The notes below the pieces were generated by a model. It had not been told where the DNA came from. It did no database searches and was given only the letters and a program-made list of their open reading frames with translations. A DNA stretch of 64,000 nucleotides, taken from Candidatus Latescibacterota bacterium (lineage in GTDB: Bacteria > Latescibacterota > UBA2968 > UBA8231). The DNA lies in contig CBDCDC010000002.1 of the NCBI GenBank assembly GCA_965215195.1, forward strand, positions 3,104,001 to 3,168,000. The letters run 5' to 3'. Numbering within the stretch: position 1 is the first letter of the stretch; every line of letters starts with the position of its first letter. Below, piece by piece: positions 52,224-62,682 of the stretch. A program made the translations under genes and the position numbers.

Positions 52224-54575
52224 TTACATCCGTACAGTACCCCCAAAATCAAAGCGCACCAAGCTCAGCCCCATGCTCCAGCCGGGCCGATCCAAACGCC
52301 GGGTGAAATCGAGGCGCAGCAGATGATACAGCATGAGCGAGACTCCCACCTCATGGCGGAAACTCTCCTCGTAGCGCGGATCGTATCCGAGGGCGGCCCG
52401 CCGCTTCGGGCCGATCCACGTCCGCCCCGAAGCCCCATGCACCACCAGCCCCGTGCCCCGCATGGCCCAATCCCATAGCCCCAACAACTCAAAGGGCGTG
52501 GTCTTGAAGTTGTGCTCCCAATACAGGGCCGCGTAGTGTTCGCCTTCTAATGGATGGCCATGCACCGTGCGGAAAGCACCAAAGGGAGAGAAGAAGCCCA
52601 TGCTGGCCTCCAAGGATCCAAAGCCCTGCACGGGCACATCGCCGATTGAGTGGCCCGCCACCAGCCGCACATCAAGCGCGTTGGGCGCAAAGCGGCGCTT
52701 GAGGAAGGTCTTGAAATGGCCGTCCAAGGCCAAATGCAGGCGGGTAAAGGAAAAGTCGCTACCCAGCCTGCCGCTGCTGTGCTCCACTCCCATTTCGACT
52801 CGCCGATTGGCCGCCACGCCGAATGGCCGGTACGGCCCGCCCCACTCAAACCCCACTTCCAGCGAGCGCAGCCGCCCTTCCTCAATGGCCGGATTGGGCC
52901 GTGGCCTCCAGTTCCGATTCAACAGACTGAAAGCGGTCGTCTCCTGTAGCGAAGAATGCGCCTCGTGGTTAAAGCCCACTTGCAAGCCGACCTGACTCGG
53001 CAAGGAGAAATGGAGCCGAGCTCGCAGCCTTTCGTTCCAGTAATAATCAAAATAGTCGTCCAAGCCTAGCAGGCTCTGGCCGCTGTTGAGCAAAAGGGAA
53101 TAGCCGTCCGAAGGAATGCGCGGCACCGGCCCTCTCCCGTACTCCAGAACCACCCCGCCGGCGATCCCCTGCCAGCCGACCCGGCCCCGGTAAGACCAGC
53201 GCTTCAGACCAACGCTGTACCCGGCACCACCGCCGACCAAACCCCGATTCCCCTCCAGTCCCAGATGCGCCCCGCCCACCCGGTCGTATCGCACGACCGA
53301 GCCCCAGCGCGACGACTCCGCCCGCTCCTCTGTCTGCTCGGCTTGCTCCTTCACCAATAAACGGGCGAGAAACCCCGTAGGCTGAAAGGCCCGTTCAAAG
53401 CGCATGGTGCTGTCGATGGTCGCATAAGCGGCCTGTTCGCGCACCGACAGGGGCACTTGGTCGGCCAGCCGGGCAAAGGAACTGTCCTGAGCCACGGCCA
53501 GCGAATCGACCCGCAGAACCTCCTCGCGGGCGTAGAGCGAGTCGGGCACATCGACATTGACTTGGTAATCGCTCAGCCGCGTCACCGCATTGTATTTGAG
53601 CGCCGGGAAGTGCAGCCCCACCATGCCGATTTTTATCGCCATGGAAGCCCGATAATCGACCGGCAGCCACACCCCTCCGGCAAAGCCGCGGAACTGTTGG
53701 CGATAGGCAAAATCCATGTGCTCGATCAGGGGCAGGGGAATGGCCGAGGTCGTGGTCGCCCGGCTGGGCGCCAGATCTACTTCGAGCAAGCCGAAATCCT
53801 CGTCCAATACTGCGACGCGGCCGACAAAAGCGGCTTGCAATTTATTCTTTGGCTCGACCGAAATATCGAATACCACCTTATCATCTAAATAGCGCTGGCC
53901 GATCAAGCGGAAGCGGTAGTGCTCGAGGGCATCGGGATGGGTCGGCCCGATCAGGGTGTGGCCGATAAAGGGGATATCGTCGTCGTAGAAATTCGCAACC
54001 CCCTCCAAGGCCGAGGTATATGCTTCGTGAGAATCCAAATTTCGGGTCTGACGCCTCGACTTGATCACTTCGCGCAACCCCCGCTCCCGCTCCCAGTAAA
54101 TTTCCGAAGCCAATTCGCCGATCACGACGATGCCTTCCTCGTTTTCCAAAACTCGCCGGGTATAGGCTTGCGCCTGATAGCTGCTCAGGCCGGGTCGCCA
54201 CGCTTGTTTGCGGCCAATGACTTGGCGCATGATGTCCTCGGCTGAGTTTTCGGCCGTCACCACTATGGTATCGAACTGAAAGGGCACTGGCGTCAAAGCG
54301 AAATCGACCCGTTCCGCAGAGGCCGTCACCACGCGGTCTTGAGAGGCATACCCGATATAACTTACCTTCAACGTCGCCGGCAGGTGCTGCACCTTGAGCA
54401 AGTACTCGCCCTCGTCGTTGGCTATGGTCCCGCGATAGGTGCCGGCTAGCTGGACGGTAGCCGCTGGCAGGGGTTGCCCGGTGGCCGCGTCGAGGACAGT
54501 GCCGCGCACCAACCACGGCTGGGCATGGGCTGCGGGGGCGGTCCATAAGGCAGCCAAGATCGCTAATCTAGCCAT
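52224..54575 (-). CDS. Outer-membrane protein: carboxypeptidase-regulatory-like domain + DUF5686-like barrel
   Basis: VRGTVLDAATGQPLPAATV..SYIGY N-domain; beta-rich C-terminus. Confidence 0.78.
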   Translation of the reverse strand: MARLAILAALWTAPAAHAQPWLVRGTVLDAATGQPLPAATVQLAGTYRGTIANDEGEYLLKVQHLPATLKVSYIGYASQDRVVTASAERVDFALTPVPFQFDTIVVTAENSAEDIMRQVIGRKQAWRPGLSSYQAQAYTRRVLENEEGIVVIGELASEIYWERERGLREVIKSRRQTRNLDSHEAYTSALEGVANFYDDDIPFIGHTLIGPTHPDALEHYRFRLIGQRYLDDKVVFDISVEPKNKLQAAFVGRVAVLDEDFGLLEVDLAPSRATTTSAIPLPLIEHMDFAYRQQFRGFAGGVWLPVDYRASMAIKIGMVGLHFPALKYNAVTRLSDYQVNVDVPDSLYAREEVLRVDSLAVAQDSSFARLADQVPLSVREQAAYATIDSTMRFERAFQPTGFLARLLVKEQAEQTEERAESSRWGSVVRYDRVGGAHLGLEGNRGLVGGGAGYSVGLKRWSYRGRVGWQGIAGGVVLEYGRGPVPRIPSDGYSLLLNSGQSLLGLDDYFDYYWNERLRARLHFSLPSQVGLQVGFNHEAHSSLQETTAFSLLNRNWRPRPNPAIEEGRLRSLEVGFEWGGPYRPFGVAANRRVEMGVEHSSGRLGSDFSFTRLHLALDGHFKTFLKRRFAPNALDVRLVAGHSIGDVPVQGFGSLEASMGFFSPFGAFRTVHGHPLEGEHYAALYWEHNFKTTPFELLGLWDWAMRGTGLVVHGASGRTWIGPKRRAALGYDPRYEESFRHEVGVSLMLYHLLRLDFTRRLDRPGWSMGLSLVRFDFGGTVRM

Positions 54576-54666
54576 TGTCAAAAGCAAATCCGCGTTAATT
54601 TTTTTGCAACCCATAACATGGTGCCGGGCCTCAACTGGCCGTGCTGGTGGTCCGACGCGAGAACCA

Positions 54667-54777
54667 GCGGAAGTAAACGGGTCGTTCAGGCGAATGATGC
54701 ACAAGAAGCTAACAGCCATGTTCGTTCTTCCTTCTTATTGGCGGAAGTAAACGGGTCGTTCAGGCGAATGATGCACA
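54667..54777 (+). repeat. Two exact 37-bp direct repeats separated by 37 bp
   Basis: GCGGAAGTAAACGGGTCGTTCAGGCGAATGATGCACA at 54667-54703 and 54741-54777. Confidence 0.92.
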
Positions 54778-54789
54778 GCAATGGAACGC

Positions 54790-56013
54790 TCAGAGTTCGC
54801 TCAACAGCGAGCCGATAACCGCGTCGATCCTGTCCGTGATATCAGGACTGTAACCAAGGACATCATAGGCGACTTTGCCTGCGCCGTCTATGATCACGTG
54901 ACGCGGATAAGCTGTGCCGAAAGTATGCACGACCTCGTCATTCGCCACGGCGATGTCATAGATGAATAGATGCTTCTTCAGAAACGGCGTCAACTCCGCC
55001 ATTTCATTGTCGGCGATGGCGAGGAATTCGACGTCGCGGTCTGCGTACTTCTCGACTAGTTCGTTGAGTTCGGGCATCTCCGCGATGCAGGGTGAACAGG
55101 TGGTTTGCCACCAGTTGATGACCACGGGCTTGCCGCGCAGTGTCGTCAGGTCGATAGCACTGCTGTCGAGCCGAGTAACGGTGACGTTGGGCATCTCAAA
55201 GCCTACGGCGAGAGCTACGGTTTGCTCGCTGCGCTCGATTACTAGCCGATCCCCTGTCGCCGACACATCGGCCAACTTGTAAACTTGGTCGTTGATTATG
55301 AAGGGGTCGTCGACCTCGAAAACCTCGTCCTCCAGTTTCTCGGTTTGGCCGTATAGATAGGTCAGGAATACGCCGTCTCCATCGCGGTCAATCAGGAGAT
55401 GGCATGAAGTCCTTCCTAATGAGTCAGCGCGTGGGGAGTAGGTTCCAAAATACGGCTCCCTCACTAAGGCTATGGCATAGCGCTGGCCGCCAATGTCGGC
55501 CTCACCCAGCCGCAGTTCGAGGTTGCGGTGCAGCGCGTAATTCCGTTCGCGACTGATAAAAAGTTCGATTTTGAACTCAGATGCTTGGCCAGCCGGGGGC
55601 ACGATCAGTTCGGCTCGCAGGGCATCATCGGCCGGAACGCCGTCAAAAGAACCTCTTGTCAACTGGAGTCGCTGCGGCTGGGCGGTGGAGTCGGCAACGA
55701 CGAAGGCGATATCCTCTCCGTCGCTATCCTGTCCCACTATGACAATCGGCTCAGCCGGCGAATCGAGGAACGACAAGCGGGCGTGCAGGGGTGCATCAAT
55801 GTCTAGCCCGGCAGCCAATTGGGTCTCGGGCAATCCTTCCGTCATCCGCGAGATAGCCAAGCCACCCGGCATAAACGGCTGAAAGAGATGCTCTACGGAA
55901 TCCTTATGCGCAGATTCCATTTTCACCGCGATGCTCTCTGCGCCAGCCAGTCCACAACTGAACGCAGCGGCGACGGTGGCGATTGGTGCGATGGCAGATT
56001 TGATCGATTTCAT
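54790..56013 (-). CDS. Exported TlpA-family thiol-disulfide oxidoreductase with long N-terminal region
   Basis: GKPVVINWWQTTCSPCIAEMPEL; start after RBS. Confidence 0.82.
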   Translation of the reverse strand: MKSIKSAIAPIATVAAAFSCGLAGAESIAVKMESAHKDSVEHLFQPFMPGGLAISRMTEGLPETQLAAGLDIDAPLHARLSFLDSPAEPIVIVGQDSDGEDIAFVVADSTAQPQRLQLTRGSFDGVPADDALRAELIVPPAGQASEFKIELFISRERNYALHRNLELRLGEADIGGQRYAIALVREPYFGTYSPRADSLGRTSCHLLIDRDGDGVFLTYLYGQTEKLEDEVFEVDDPFIINDQVYKLADVSATGDRLVIERSEQTVALAVGFEMPNVTVTRLDSSAIDLTTLRGKPVVINWWQTTCSPCIAEMPELNELVEKYADRDVEFLAIADNEMAELTPFLKKHLFIYDIAVANDEVVHTFGTAYPRHVIIDGAGKVAYDVLGYSPDITDRIDAVIGSLLSEL

Positions 56014-56066
56014 GGCATCCTCCTCTGGGATGTGTAGTAGTGCGTTTGGGATAGCCACCTTCCGAC

Positions 56067-57236
56067 TCATTCGTAGTGCAGGGCCTCGACCGGCTGTATC
56101 CGGCAGGCCAGCCGCCCCGGATACAGACTGCACGCGACCACGAGGCCGTAAATCACTAAGGCCGCAAAGGCCAGACTGAGCGCGTAGATCCCTCCGGTGT
56201 AATTGAGCAGCCCCAGCAGCGGAAATTGCACGATGACCAGCAGGCCAGCGATTACGCCGACGCTGGCGACCACCAGTATCTCGCCCGTCAACTGTGCGTA
56301 GATACTGGCCGCGGATCCACCCAAGGCCCTTCGCAGGCCGATCTCCTCAATTCTCAGCGTCGTCCGCTGCCACAGTACGCCGCTCAACGACAGGGCCACC
56401 ATGCCCAGCACCAACACCGAGACGACCCCAGCGGCGAACAGGGGTATCAGGCTCAACTTGAACGACGAAGCGCGATCTTCCTCTAAGGTCGTGATTTCGG
56501 CTCGGTACCCCGGAGCCATGGCCTCGAGCCGTCTGTCGATTTGCTCTTGGGCCGACAGCGGCGTACCGGGACGCACTTTGATTAAAAAATGAACATACGC
56601 ATCGTCTGCCAAGCGAGTTAGTACGAAGAAACGGGGATCGGAAAACTCCCCGCGGCGACGATAGTCGGAGACCACCCCGACGACCCGCGCGTCCCCTTTA
56701 CCGCTTTTCCACTCTTCGACCCGCTGGCCGAGGGGATCTTCACGGCCAAAGAGTGCCTCACTGAGCGGCTGGGTTATCACGAGCGGCTCCCAGTCCAGCG
56801 CCGCGTCCTCCTCGCTGAACCACCGCCCGCGGACCAAGTCGAGCTCGAACACCGCGTGGAATTCATCCGAAAAATCACCATAGTCAACCGGCTGTTCGTC
56901 TATAGTGGTACTGTGCCGAGAGCCACCATAGGGGAGTGCTGAGCCGTTCGCCGCGGCGACCGACTCAATCCAGTCGAAAGACTCTAGGGCCTGATAGACC
57001 TGTCTGCGGCTGGGCACTTCCACTTCGCTATCCGACGGCAGTTCTCGATCCCGCCAGAAGGCTACGACCCATCTATTTTCGTAGGAGAATCCGAGGGGCC
57101 GCCGGTAATTGTTGGCTTTATCTACGGCGATGGAGGCCGTGATAAAGACGATTAAAAAAGAAATGAAGATCTGGAAGGCGGTGAGCGCGTTCGCCCTTTT
57201 GCGGTTCCAAACTAGCTTGCAGAGATGGCGTATCAT
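56067..57236 (-). CDS. MacB/FtsX-like ABC permease
   Basis: LVRGRWFS, RIEEIGLRRALG. Confidence 0.88.
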   Translation of the reverse strand: MIRHLCKLVWNRKRANALTAFQIFISFLIVFITASIAVDKANNYRRPLGFSYENRWVVAFWRDRELPSDSEVEVPSRRQVYQALESFDWIESVAAANGSALPYGGSRHSTTIDEQPVDYGDFSDEFHAVFELDLVRGRWFSEEDAALDWEPLVITQPLSEALFGREDPLGQRVEEWKSGKGDARVVGVVSDYRRRGEFSDPRFFVLTRLADDAYVHFLIKVRPGTPLSAQEQIDRRLEAMAPGYRAEITTLEEDRASSFKLSLIPLFAAGVVSVLVLGMVALSLSGVLWQRTTLRIEEIGLRRALGGSAASIYAQLTGEILVVASVGVIAGLLVIVQFPLLGLLNYTGGIYALSLAFAALVIYGLVVACSLYPGRLACRIQPVEALHYE

Positions 57237-58495
57237 TGCTTCCTCCTTCTGAGGGCCTCTACGATATGCAGGCGCGACATTTTCCACGCCGGGTACGCGC
57301 CGGAAATCACACCAAAGCATAGGGTCATCACCAAGCCGTAGAAAAAGATGCGATGGTTCAGGTGGAATTCGGCGTATGGCACAATGTCGCTGGCACCGAG
57401 CATTTGTAGGACGAGAAAAGTAAGCACCAGCCCGAGAGCACCGCCCAAGAGCGTGAGAATGACGTTCTCCACCACGAACTGCCCCACCAAGGTGAGCGAA
57501 GACCCGCCGAATGCCTTGCGCACCCCGATTTCAGAGGTGCGCTCCAAGATGCGGGTGGTGTTGATGTTGATCAGGCTGACCACCGGCAGAAGCATGAAGA
57601 GCAACCCCAGACCACTGAGCAGCAAAATCATCCCATCGATTCCATCGGTGCCACCGAAGCTCCTGAATATGAACATCATACGCGCAGCCTCTTCTAACAG
57701 CGTCTCAGGGCCACCGATGAGGCGGTTAATGCCATCGGAATCGGGATATTCGATTCGAGTGAGCACATCGGCGAATTCCTCTTTGATGAGCGGTATTGCG
57801 TCCGCATTGCGCGCCAAGATCAGCGCCTGAAAGTGGCCGAATATCGAATCATACCGCAGGTACTCATCCGTTTCGCGGGCAGTGACGGGCACCCAAATAT
57901 CGGCAAAGGACGCCACGCGAAATGCTGGCACGTTGGGTACGACTCCTACCACGCGGAACGATCGTTTCTTGAATTCGATGTACTTCCCCGCCGCCTGCTC
58001 TCCCCCGAAAAACACCCGGCGCGTCTCCTCGTTGATCACGACCACCCGTTGGCCCTCCTCTACCTCCTTTGCGGTATAGGGGCGGCCTTCGAGGAAGTCG
58101 AATTCGAGGATCTCCCAGAAAGCCCCGTCCGTGTACTTGAAGGCGGTTTCGATCTTCACGCCCTTGCGATACGTTACTTCCGAGTTCCAGAAGCCAGTGG
58201 AAATGGATACCTTTTCGGCCTGAGTTAGTGGAGACACATACCGCTGCAAAAAGGCGTAGCTAGGTTGCCCGATCCTCTTGACTGGTTCCTCTGTGTTTTC
58301 TCCTGTGAGCATCTTCAGGAGTAGCGTGCGATCGGCCCGCGTCTCCGGCGGGAAGGAGCCAAAGACGTGGTCGAACAAGGCGGTTGCCACCATCAGCACC
58401 ATGAGCGTGAAGCTGATGGTAAAAAGGCTGATGCAGGTAAAGACCTTGCGCCGCAACAGGACCTTGAGGGCCATTTTGATGTAATTCTTCAGCAT
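57233..58495 (-). CDS. MacB/FtsX-like ABC permease
   Basis: MLKNYIKMALK, ERTSEIGVRKAFG. Confidence 0.9.
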   Translation of the reverse strand: MLKNYIKMALKVLLRRKVFTCISLFTISFTLMVLMVATALFDHVFGSFPPETRADRTLLLKMLTGENTEEPVKRIGQPSYAFLQRYVSPLTQAEKVSISTGFWNSEVTYRKGVKIETAFKYTDGAFWEILEFDFLEGRPYTAKEVEEGQRVVVINEETRRVFFGGEQAAGKYIEFKKRSFRVVGVVPNVPAFRVASFADIWVPVTARETDEYLRYDSIFGHFQALILARNADAIPLIKEEFADVLTRIEYPDSDGINRLIGGPETLLEEAARMMFIFRSFGGTDGIDGMILLLSGLGLLFMLLPVVSLININTTRILERTSEIGVRKAFGGSSLTLVGQFVVENVILTLLGGALGLVLTFLVLQMLGASDIVPYAEFHLNHRIFFYGLVMTLCFGVISGAYPAWKMSRLHIVEALRRRKQ

Positions 58496-58507
58496 CTCGT
58501 CCTCCTC

Positions 58508-59173
58508 TCACTGGACCTGCCGCCCGTCGAAGAGCCGCACCGTGCGCCCGGTGTGGTCGGCCAAGCGCTGGTCGTGCGTCACCATGACGATGGTGGTGCC
58601 CTCTTCGTTGAGCTGCTGCATGATGCCCATGATTTCGTCGCCCATCTGGCTGTCCAAGTTGCCGGTCGGCTCGTCGGCCAGCAGGATGTGCGGCTGAGCG
58701 ACGATGGCCCGGGCCACGGCCACGCGCTGCTGCTGCCCGCCCGACAGTTGCGACGGAAAGTGCCGCACCCGCGAACTCAGCCCCACCCGATCCAGCGCCT
58801 TCAGCGCCATCGCACGCCGCTCCTTGCCCGACAGGCCGCGGCGATAGAGCAGGGGAATCTCCACGTTATCGACCACGTTCAAATCGGCGATCAGGTGGAA
58901 GCTCTGAAAGATGAAGCCGACCTCCTCGTTGCGGATGCGCGCCAAGTAGCGGTCGGCGTAGGAATTGATGTGCCGCCCGTTCAGGCTCAGGTCGCCAGCC
59001 GTAGGCTCGTCGAGCAGGCCGATGACGTTGAGCAGGGTGCTCTTGCCCGAGCCGGATGGCCCCATCACCGAGATGAACTCCCCCTCGTCAACGGCGAAAT
59101 TGATATTGCTCAAGGCGAGGGTCTCGACTTGCTCGGTGCGGTACACCTTTTCGATGCCTGCGAGTTTAATCAT
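58508..59173 (-). CDS. ABC transporter ATP-binding protein (LolD/MacB type)
   Basis: GPSGSGKST, LSGGQQQR, ADEPTGNLD. Confidence 0.95.
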   Translation of the reverse strand: MIKLAGIEKVYRTEQVETLALSNINFAVDEGEFISVMGPSGSGKSTLLNVIGLLDEPTAGDLSLNGRHINSYADRYLARIRNEEVGFIFQSFHLIADLNVVDNVEIPLLYRRGLSGKERRAMALKALDRVGLSSRVRHFPSQLSGGQQQRVAVARAIVAQPHILLADEPTGNLDSQMGDEIMGIMQQLNEEGTTIVMVTHDQRLADHTGRTVRLFDGRQVQ

Positions 59174-59184
59174 GGCAGTCTCCT

Positions 59185-60453
59185 TTATTTTATTTGGACC
59201 TCGTCCAAGTGCAGGTAGTCTTTCACATTCGAGATGATCACCTCGTCGCCTTCGATTAAGCCCTCCTCCACCTCGCAGTACTCGAAATTGGCAAGGCCGA
59301 TGCGCACCTCGGTCTTCACCGCGGTTTGGCCGCGCACCACAAAGACCTCGTGCAGGCCCGCCCGCCCGCTGATGAACGGCCCCCGCTTGAGGCGCAGGGC
59401 GCGGTCCTTGCGGGCGGTGACGATATAGGCGTCCACCCGCTGATTGGGCCGCAGCAGCGCGTGCGCCGAATCCTCTAGCTCAACTTCGAGCTGGATGATC
59501 CCACCTTCGACCGTGGGCAAGATGCGGGCGATGTGGCCCTTTACGTATTCTTCCTCGTTGATGCGCAGGCGCACCCACAGCCCCTCTTGGAGCCGGCGGG
59601 CGTGGATATCGGAAACAGTGACATCCACGCGGAACGAGCTGAGGTCGGCGATGCGGGCGATTTCCTCGCCCTGTCTGATGGAAGCCCCGACTTCTGGCGC
59701 AATCGCCGTGAGTACGCCATCCCTATCGGCCCGAATGTGGGTGCGCTCCAAGCGACGGCGGGCCTCCTCGCCCTCGCGCTCGAGGATGTTCATCTCCAAG
59801 TGCAGGGCCTCCAACTGGGCTTGGGTGGATTCGACGAGGTTGCGGCGGTCTTCTTGGAGTTGCTGCAATTCAATCTCGGCGCGCTGTTCTTGCAGTTGCG
59901 CTTGGCTCAGTTCTTCTTGGGAGACCGCGCCGATACCCTGCAACTGGCGGTACTGGGCGGTGCGAGTCTGAAACCGCTGAAATTCCAAGTTTTTCAGCCG
60001 CCAGCGCGTGTCCAGATCGCTCAGCTTTTTGCGTTTGTCCAATTCGAGTTGGGTGCGGCGATTCTGCTTGAGGGCCAGCTCTTCGGCCCGTTTCCCCACG
60101 TCGAGCCGCGCTGCGTTCAAGTCCAGTTCGACGATGGGCTGTCCCTGCTGCAACATAGCCCCGGGCTTTTGCAGGATGCGCACCAGCCGCGTATTGACGG
60201 GGCTAAAGATGATCTGCTCAAACTGGGGTACCACCGTGCCCGAAGCGGTAATCGTCTCTTCCACCGCGCCCCACTGCACCTGTGCGGTGCGAATGCGGTC
60301 GGGGTCCAGCGCCGGCTTGATCCAACTGGGCAACCAAACAGAGAGCCAGATAAGCGCAGCCAGTCCGGTCGCCGAATAGGCGATGCGTTTGCCGCGCTGG
60401 CGTCGTAGGAAGGCGGGATCTATTGGGCGGTCCATAGCGTTCACGGGGTTCAT
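59185..60453 (-). CDS. Periplasmic adaptor (HlyD/MacA family)
   Basis: N-terminal TM, coiled-coil hairpin, GLIEGDEVI. Confidence 0.9.
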   Translation of the reverse strand: MNPVNAMDRPIDPAFLRRQRGKRIAYSATGLAALIWLSVWLPSWIKPALDPDRIRTAQVQWGAVEETITASGTVVPQFEQIIFSPVNTRLVRILQKPGAMLQQGQPIVELDLNAARLDVGKRAEELALKQNRRTQLELDKRKKLSDLDTRWRLKNLEFQRFQTRTAQYRQLQGIGAVSQEELSQAQLQEQRAEIELQQLQEDRRNLVESTQAQLEALHLEMNILEREGEEARRRLERTHIRADRDGVLTAIAPEVGASIRQGEEIARIADLSSFRVDVTVSDIHARRLQEGLWVRLRINEEEYVKGHIARILPTVEGGIIQLEVELEDSAHALLRPNQRVDAYIVTARKDRALRLKRGPFISGRAGLHEVFVVRGQTAVKTEVRIGLANFEYCEVEEGLIEGDEVIISNVKDYLHLDEVQIK

Positions 60454-60476
60454 ACCTCCTTTTGGCTACTACCTAA

Positions 60477-60491
60477 ACAAATTCCGTGCCA
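60477..60491 (-). promoter_or_regulatory. Sigma54 -24/-12 promoter of the ABC operon
   Basis: TGGCACG-GAAT-TTGT versus consensus TGGCACG-N4-TTGC; AT-rich tract upstream; NtrC-type activator in the same cluster. Confidence 0.7.
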
Positions 60492-60676
60492 AAAGGTAAC
60501 TAATTGTTTTTACTTGATTTATTGATTTTAGTACTAGGGTGTTTTCGTCCGCTTTTGAACACTCACTGTTCATTTTCGCACAGTTGTTCGAGATGGGGAT
60601 GCAACCGTTGGGGTGGGGCGGGCACTACGGGCGCAATGGGAGACGAAATCGGGGCGGAAATCCCGGGATTGCCCTA

Positions 60677-61477
60677 TTACGACCGAGCGACCCAGTGGCG
60701 GAACAAGGGCTGGACCGGGGCGGGCAGTTCGGCAAAAACGCCGGCCGGCAGCGGGGGCACGGCGTTTTCCTTGATGCCGGTTTCTTCGGACAGGCGGCGG
60801 CGCTCGTCCGAGCCGGGACGCAAAACCTCGACATTGAGCCACCAAGGGGCGTAGCGCACGACTACCGAGGTGCGGGGTTGGCGCGAGCGGTTGGGCGCGG
60901 TCGCGTGCCACAAGCGGCTGTCGAGCACGAGCACGCTGCCGGCCGGGCCGCAGGCATTTACTTCTGTGGGATAGGGGGCCAGTGGATCGACGCCATTGTC
61001 GCCGGTGGGGTTGTTCGGGGATCGGTGGCTGCCGGGGACGAGGAGGGTGCCGCCGTTTTCCTCGGTGAAAGGCGCAAGCATCCACAAGGTGGTCAAGTGG
61101 ATCGTCGCGTCGGGATACGGCGCGGGGATATGGCCGGCGTTGATCTGGTTAAAGGGCCAGTCGGCGTGCCAGCCGCCGCGCTCGTTGCCCGGGTAGTTGA
61201 TCGTGCCGGTGGTGAAGGATATGCGCGGATGCGGGCCTAGTATCGCGCCGACCAAGGCGAGGAGATTTTCATCCGCGAGAAAAGGCGCGAAAGACTGGTC
61301 GAAGTTGATCGCGCCCGGCAAATGGCCAATGCCGGGCGGAGCTGCGGGGTTGCGGTGCGCCGCGACCGTGGCCTCGACGCTGCGGCGCACGTGTTCAATC
61401 TGGTCGGCTGGGATGACGCCTTCGAGCACACACCAGCCGTCTATTTTTAGGTGCTGAAGCAGTCGTTCTAGCTGCAT
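60677..61477 (-). CDS. Phytanoyl-CoA dioxygenase family
   Basis: DGWCVLEGV, WHADW, NGGTLLVPGSH, LWHA. Confidence 0.9.
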   Translation of the reverse strand: MQLERLLQHLKIDGWCVLEGVIPADQIEHVRRSVEATVAAHRNPAAPPGIGHLPGAINFDQSFAPFLADENLLALVGAILGPHPRISFTTGTINYPGNERGGWHADWPFNQINAGHIPAPYPDATIHLTTLWMLAPFTEENGGTLLVPGSHRSPNNPTGDNGVDPLAPYPTEVNACGPAGSVLVLDSRLWHATAPNRSRQPRTSVVVRYAPWWLNVEVLRPGSDERRRLSEETGIKENAVPPLPAGVFAELPAPVQPLFRHWVARS

Positions 61478-61518
61478 AAGATCGCTCCCTGTCAGCGGCT
61501 ATATATAATAGAATAGAC

Positions 61519-61670
61519 CTTAGTACACGACCCCTAAAGTAGGCGCCCCTTACTTTGAGTACGCCTTTTCTGCGGTTTCCGCTGGGTGCGGGATCGAGGG
61601 CGTCCCGCCCTCGCCGAGGGCCAGATGCCCTCGATCCTTGGCAGGATGAGGGCTGGTGTCGTGTAGTAAG
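61519..61670. mobile_element. MITE (152 bp) with 9-bp target duplication, carrying a REP doublet
   Basis: AGAATAGAC at 61510-61518 and 61671-61679; TIR CTTAGTACACGAC vs revcomp CTTACTACACGAC; inverted REP-like pair at 61591-61637. Confidence 0.85.
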
Positions 61671-61794
61671 AGAATAGACTTTTGTCGGGGGTGGCAATGG
61701 ACGCTGGCAACGCGAGGGTGGCTTGACAGTGAAGGGGTGGTCGTGGAGTTTGGAGCCGGTGTAGAGCGAATGCCAATTTTTTGGGAACCGGCCG

Positions 61795-62658
61795 ATGAGT
61801 ATGGAAGGGGCAGTGCCCCTCTGGTTATTGCTGCCGCTGCTGATGGAATTCGGCTTTGGGCAGTTGTTCAAATGGGCCACGCAACGCCGGTGCTACGCCC
61901 CGACCGTGGTATCGACCAACTATTGGGTCCTAGCTTCCATTCTGCTGCTCTATCTGGGATTCACAGGACAATTGCACCTACCGGCCGCCGCAGTAAAGGT
62001 CGGCGCAATCACCGGCGCGGTCTTCATCAGCTCCATGCTGTTGATGACGCGCTTGTTGCGCACCTTTCGCGTGGCTTCGGTGTTGACCGCTTTCCGTTTG
62101 GCCATCGTCGTGCCGGTGGGGCTGGGCGTACTGCTGTGGGACGAGCCGTTGGGCGGCCTCCAACTGGTGGGCTTGGGCTTGGCGTTGGGGGCCGTTTTGC
62201 TGATGTCGCGGCACGCTGGCCGTCAGACCGATGTTCCGCGCTGGATCGCCACGGTGCTGCTGATATTGGTTTTTAGTATCCAAGGGATGAGTATCTCCTG
62301 TCTGCGCTGGGTGCATTACGCCGGCTTGGACGATGCGTATTTGCAAGTGCTCATGGTCATCGGCTTTACCGCCGGGACCCTTGGTGCCACCGCATTCTTA
62401 TGGGAGACGCGCCAGCGCATTCGGCGCTTCGATCTGGCGGTGGGCACCGGCATCGGGGTGTACAATCTGTTCGCCTTAATGGCCGTCCTGATCGCGCTCA
62501 AGCACGTGCCGGGCACGGTATTTTTCCCATTGGTGGGCTGCGGCGTCGTCATTTTGGACAATGTGACAGCACCGCTGTTGTGGAAAGAGCCGATCAGTCG
62601 GGCGGCCGTTTTGGGCGTGGGCATAGGCGTGTTGGCGGTGATTTTGGTGGTTCAATAA
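61795..62658 (+). CDS. EamA/DMT-family transporter
   Basis: About 10 TM segments in two repeats, LLWDEP and LLWKEP. Confidence 0.8.
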   Translation: MSMEGAVPLWLLLPLLMEFGFGQLFKWATQRRCYAPTVVSTNYWVLASILLLYLGFTGQLHLPAAAVKVGAITGAVFISSMLLMTRLLRTFRVASVLTAFRLAIVVPVGLGVLLWDEPLGGLQLVGLGLALGAVLLMSRHAGRQTDVPRWIATVLLILVFSIQGMSISCLRWVHYAGLDDAYLQVLMVIGFTAGTLGATAFLWETRQRIRRFDLAVGTGIGVYNLFALMAVLIALKHVPGTVFFPLVGCGVVILDNVTAPLLWKEPISRAAVLGVGIGVLAVILVVQ

Positions 62659-62682
62659 ATCAAAGCGACGAGGAGTAGAATT

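Noticed and set aside
54667-54777. CRISPR array
   Set aside because: Only two repeats, no dyad symmetry or typical terminal motif, no cas genes in the window.
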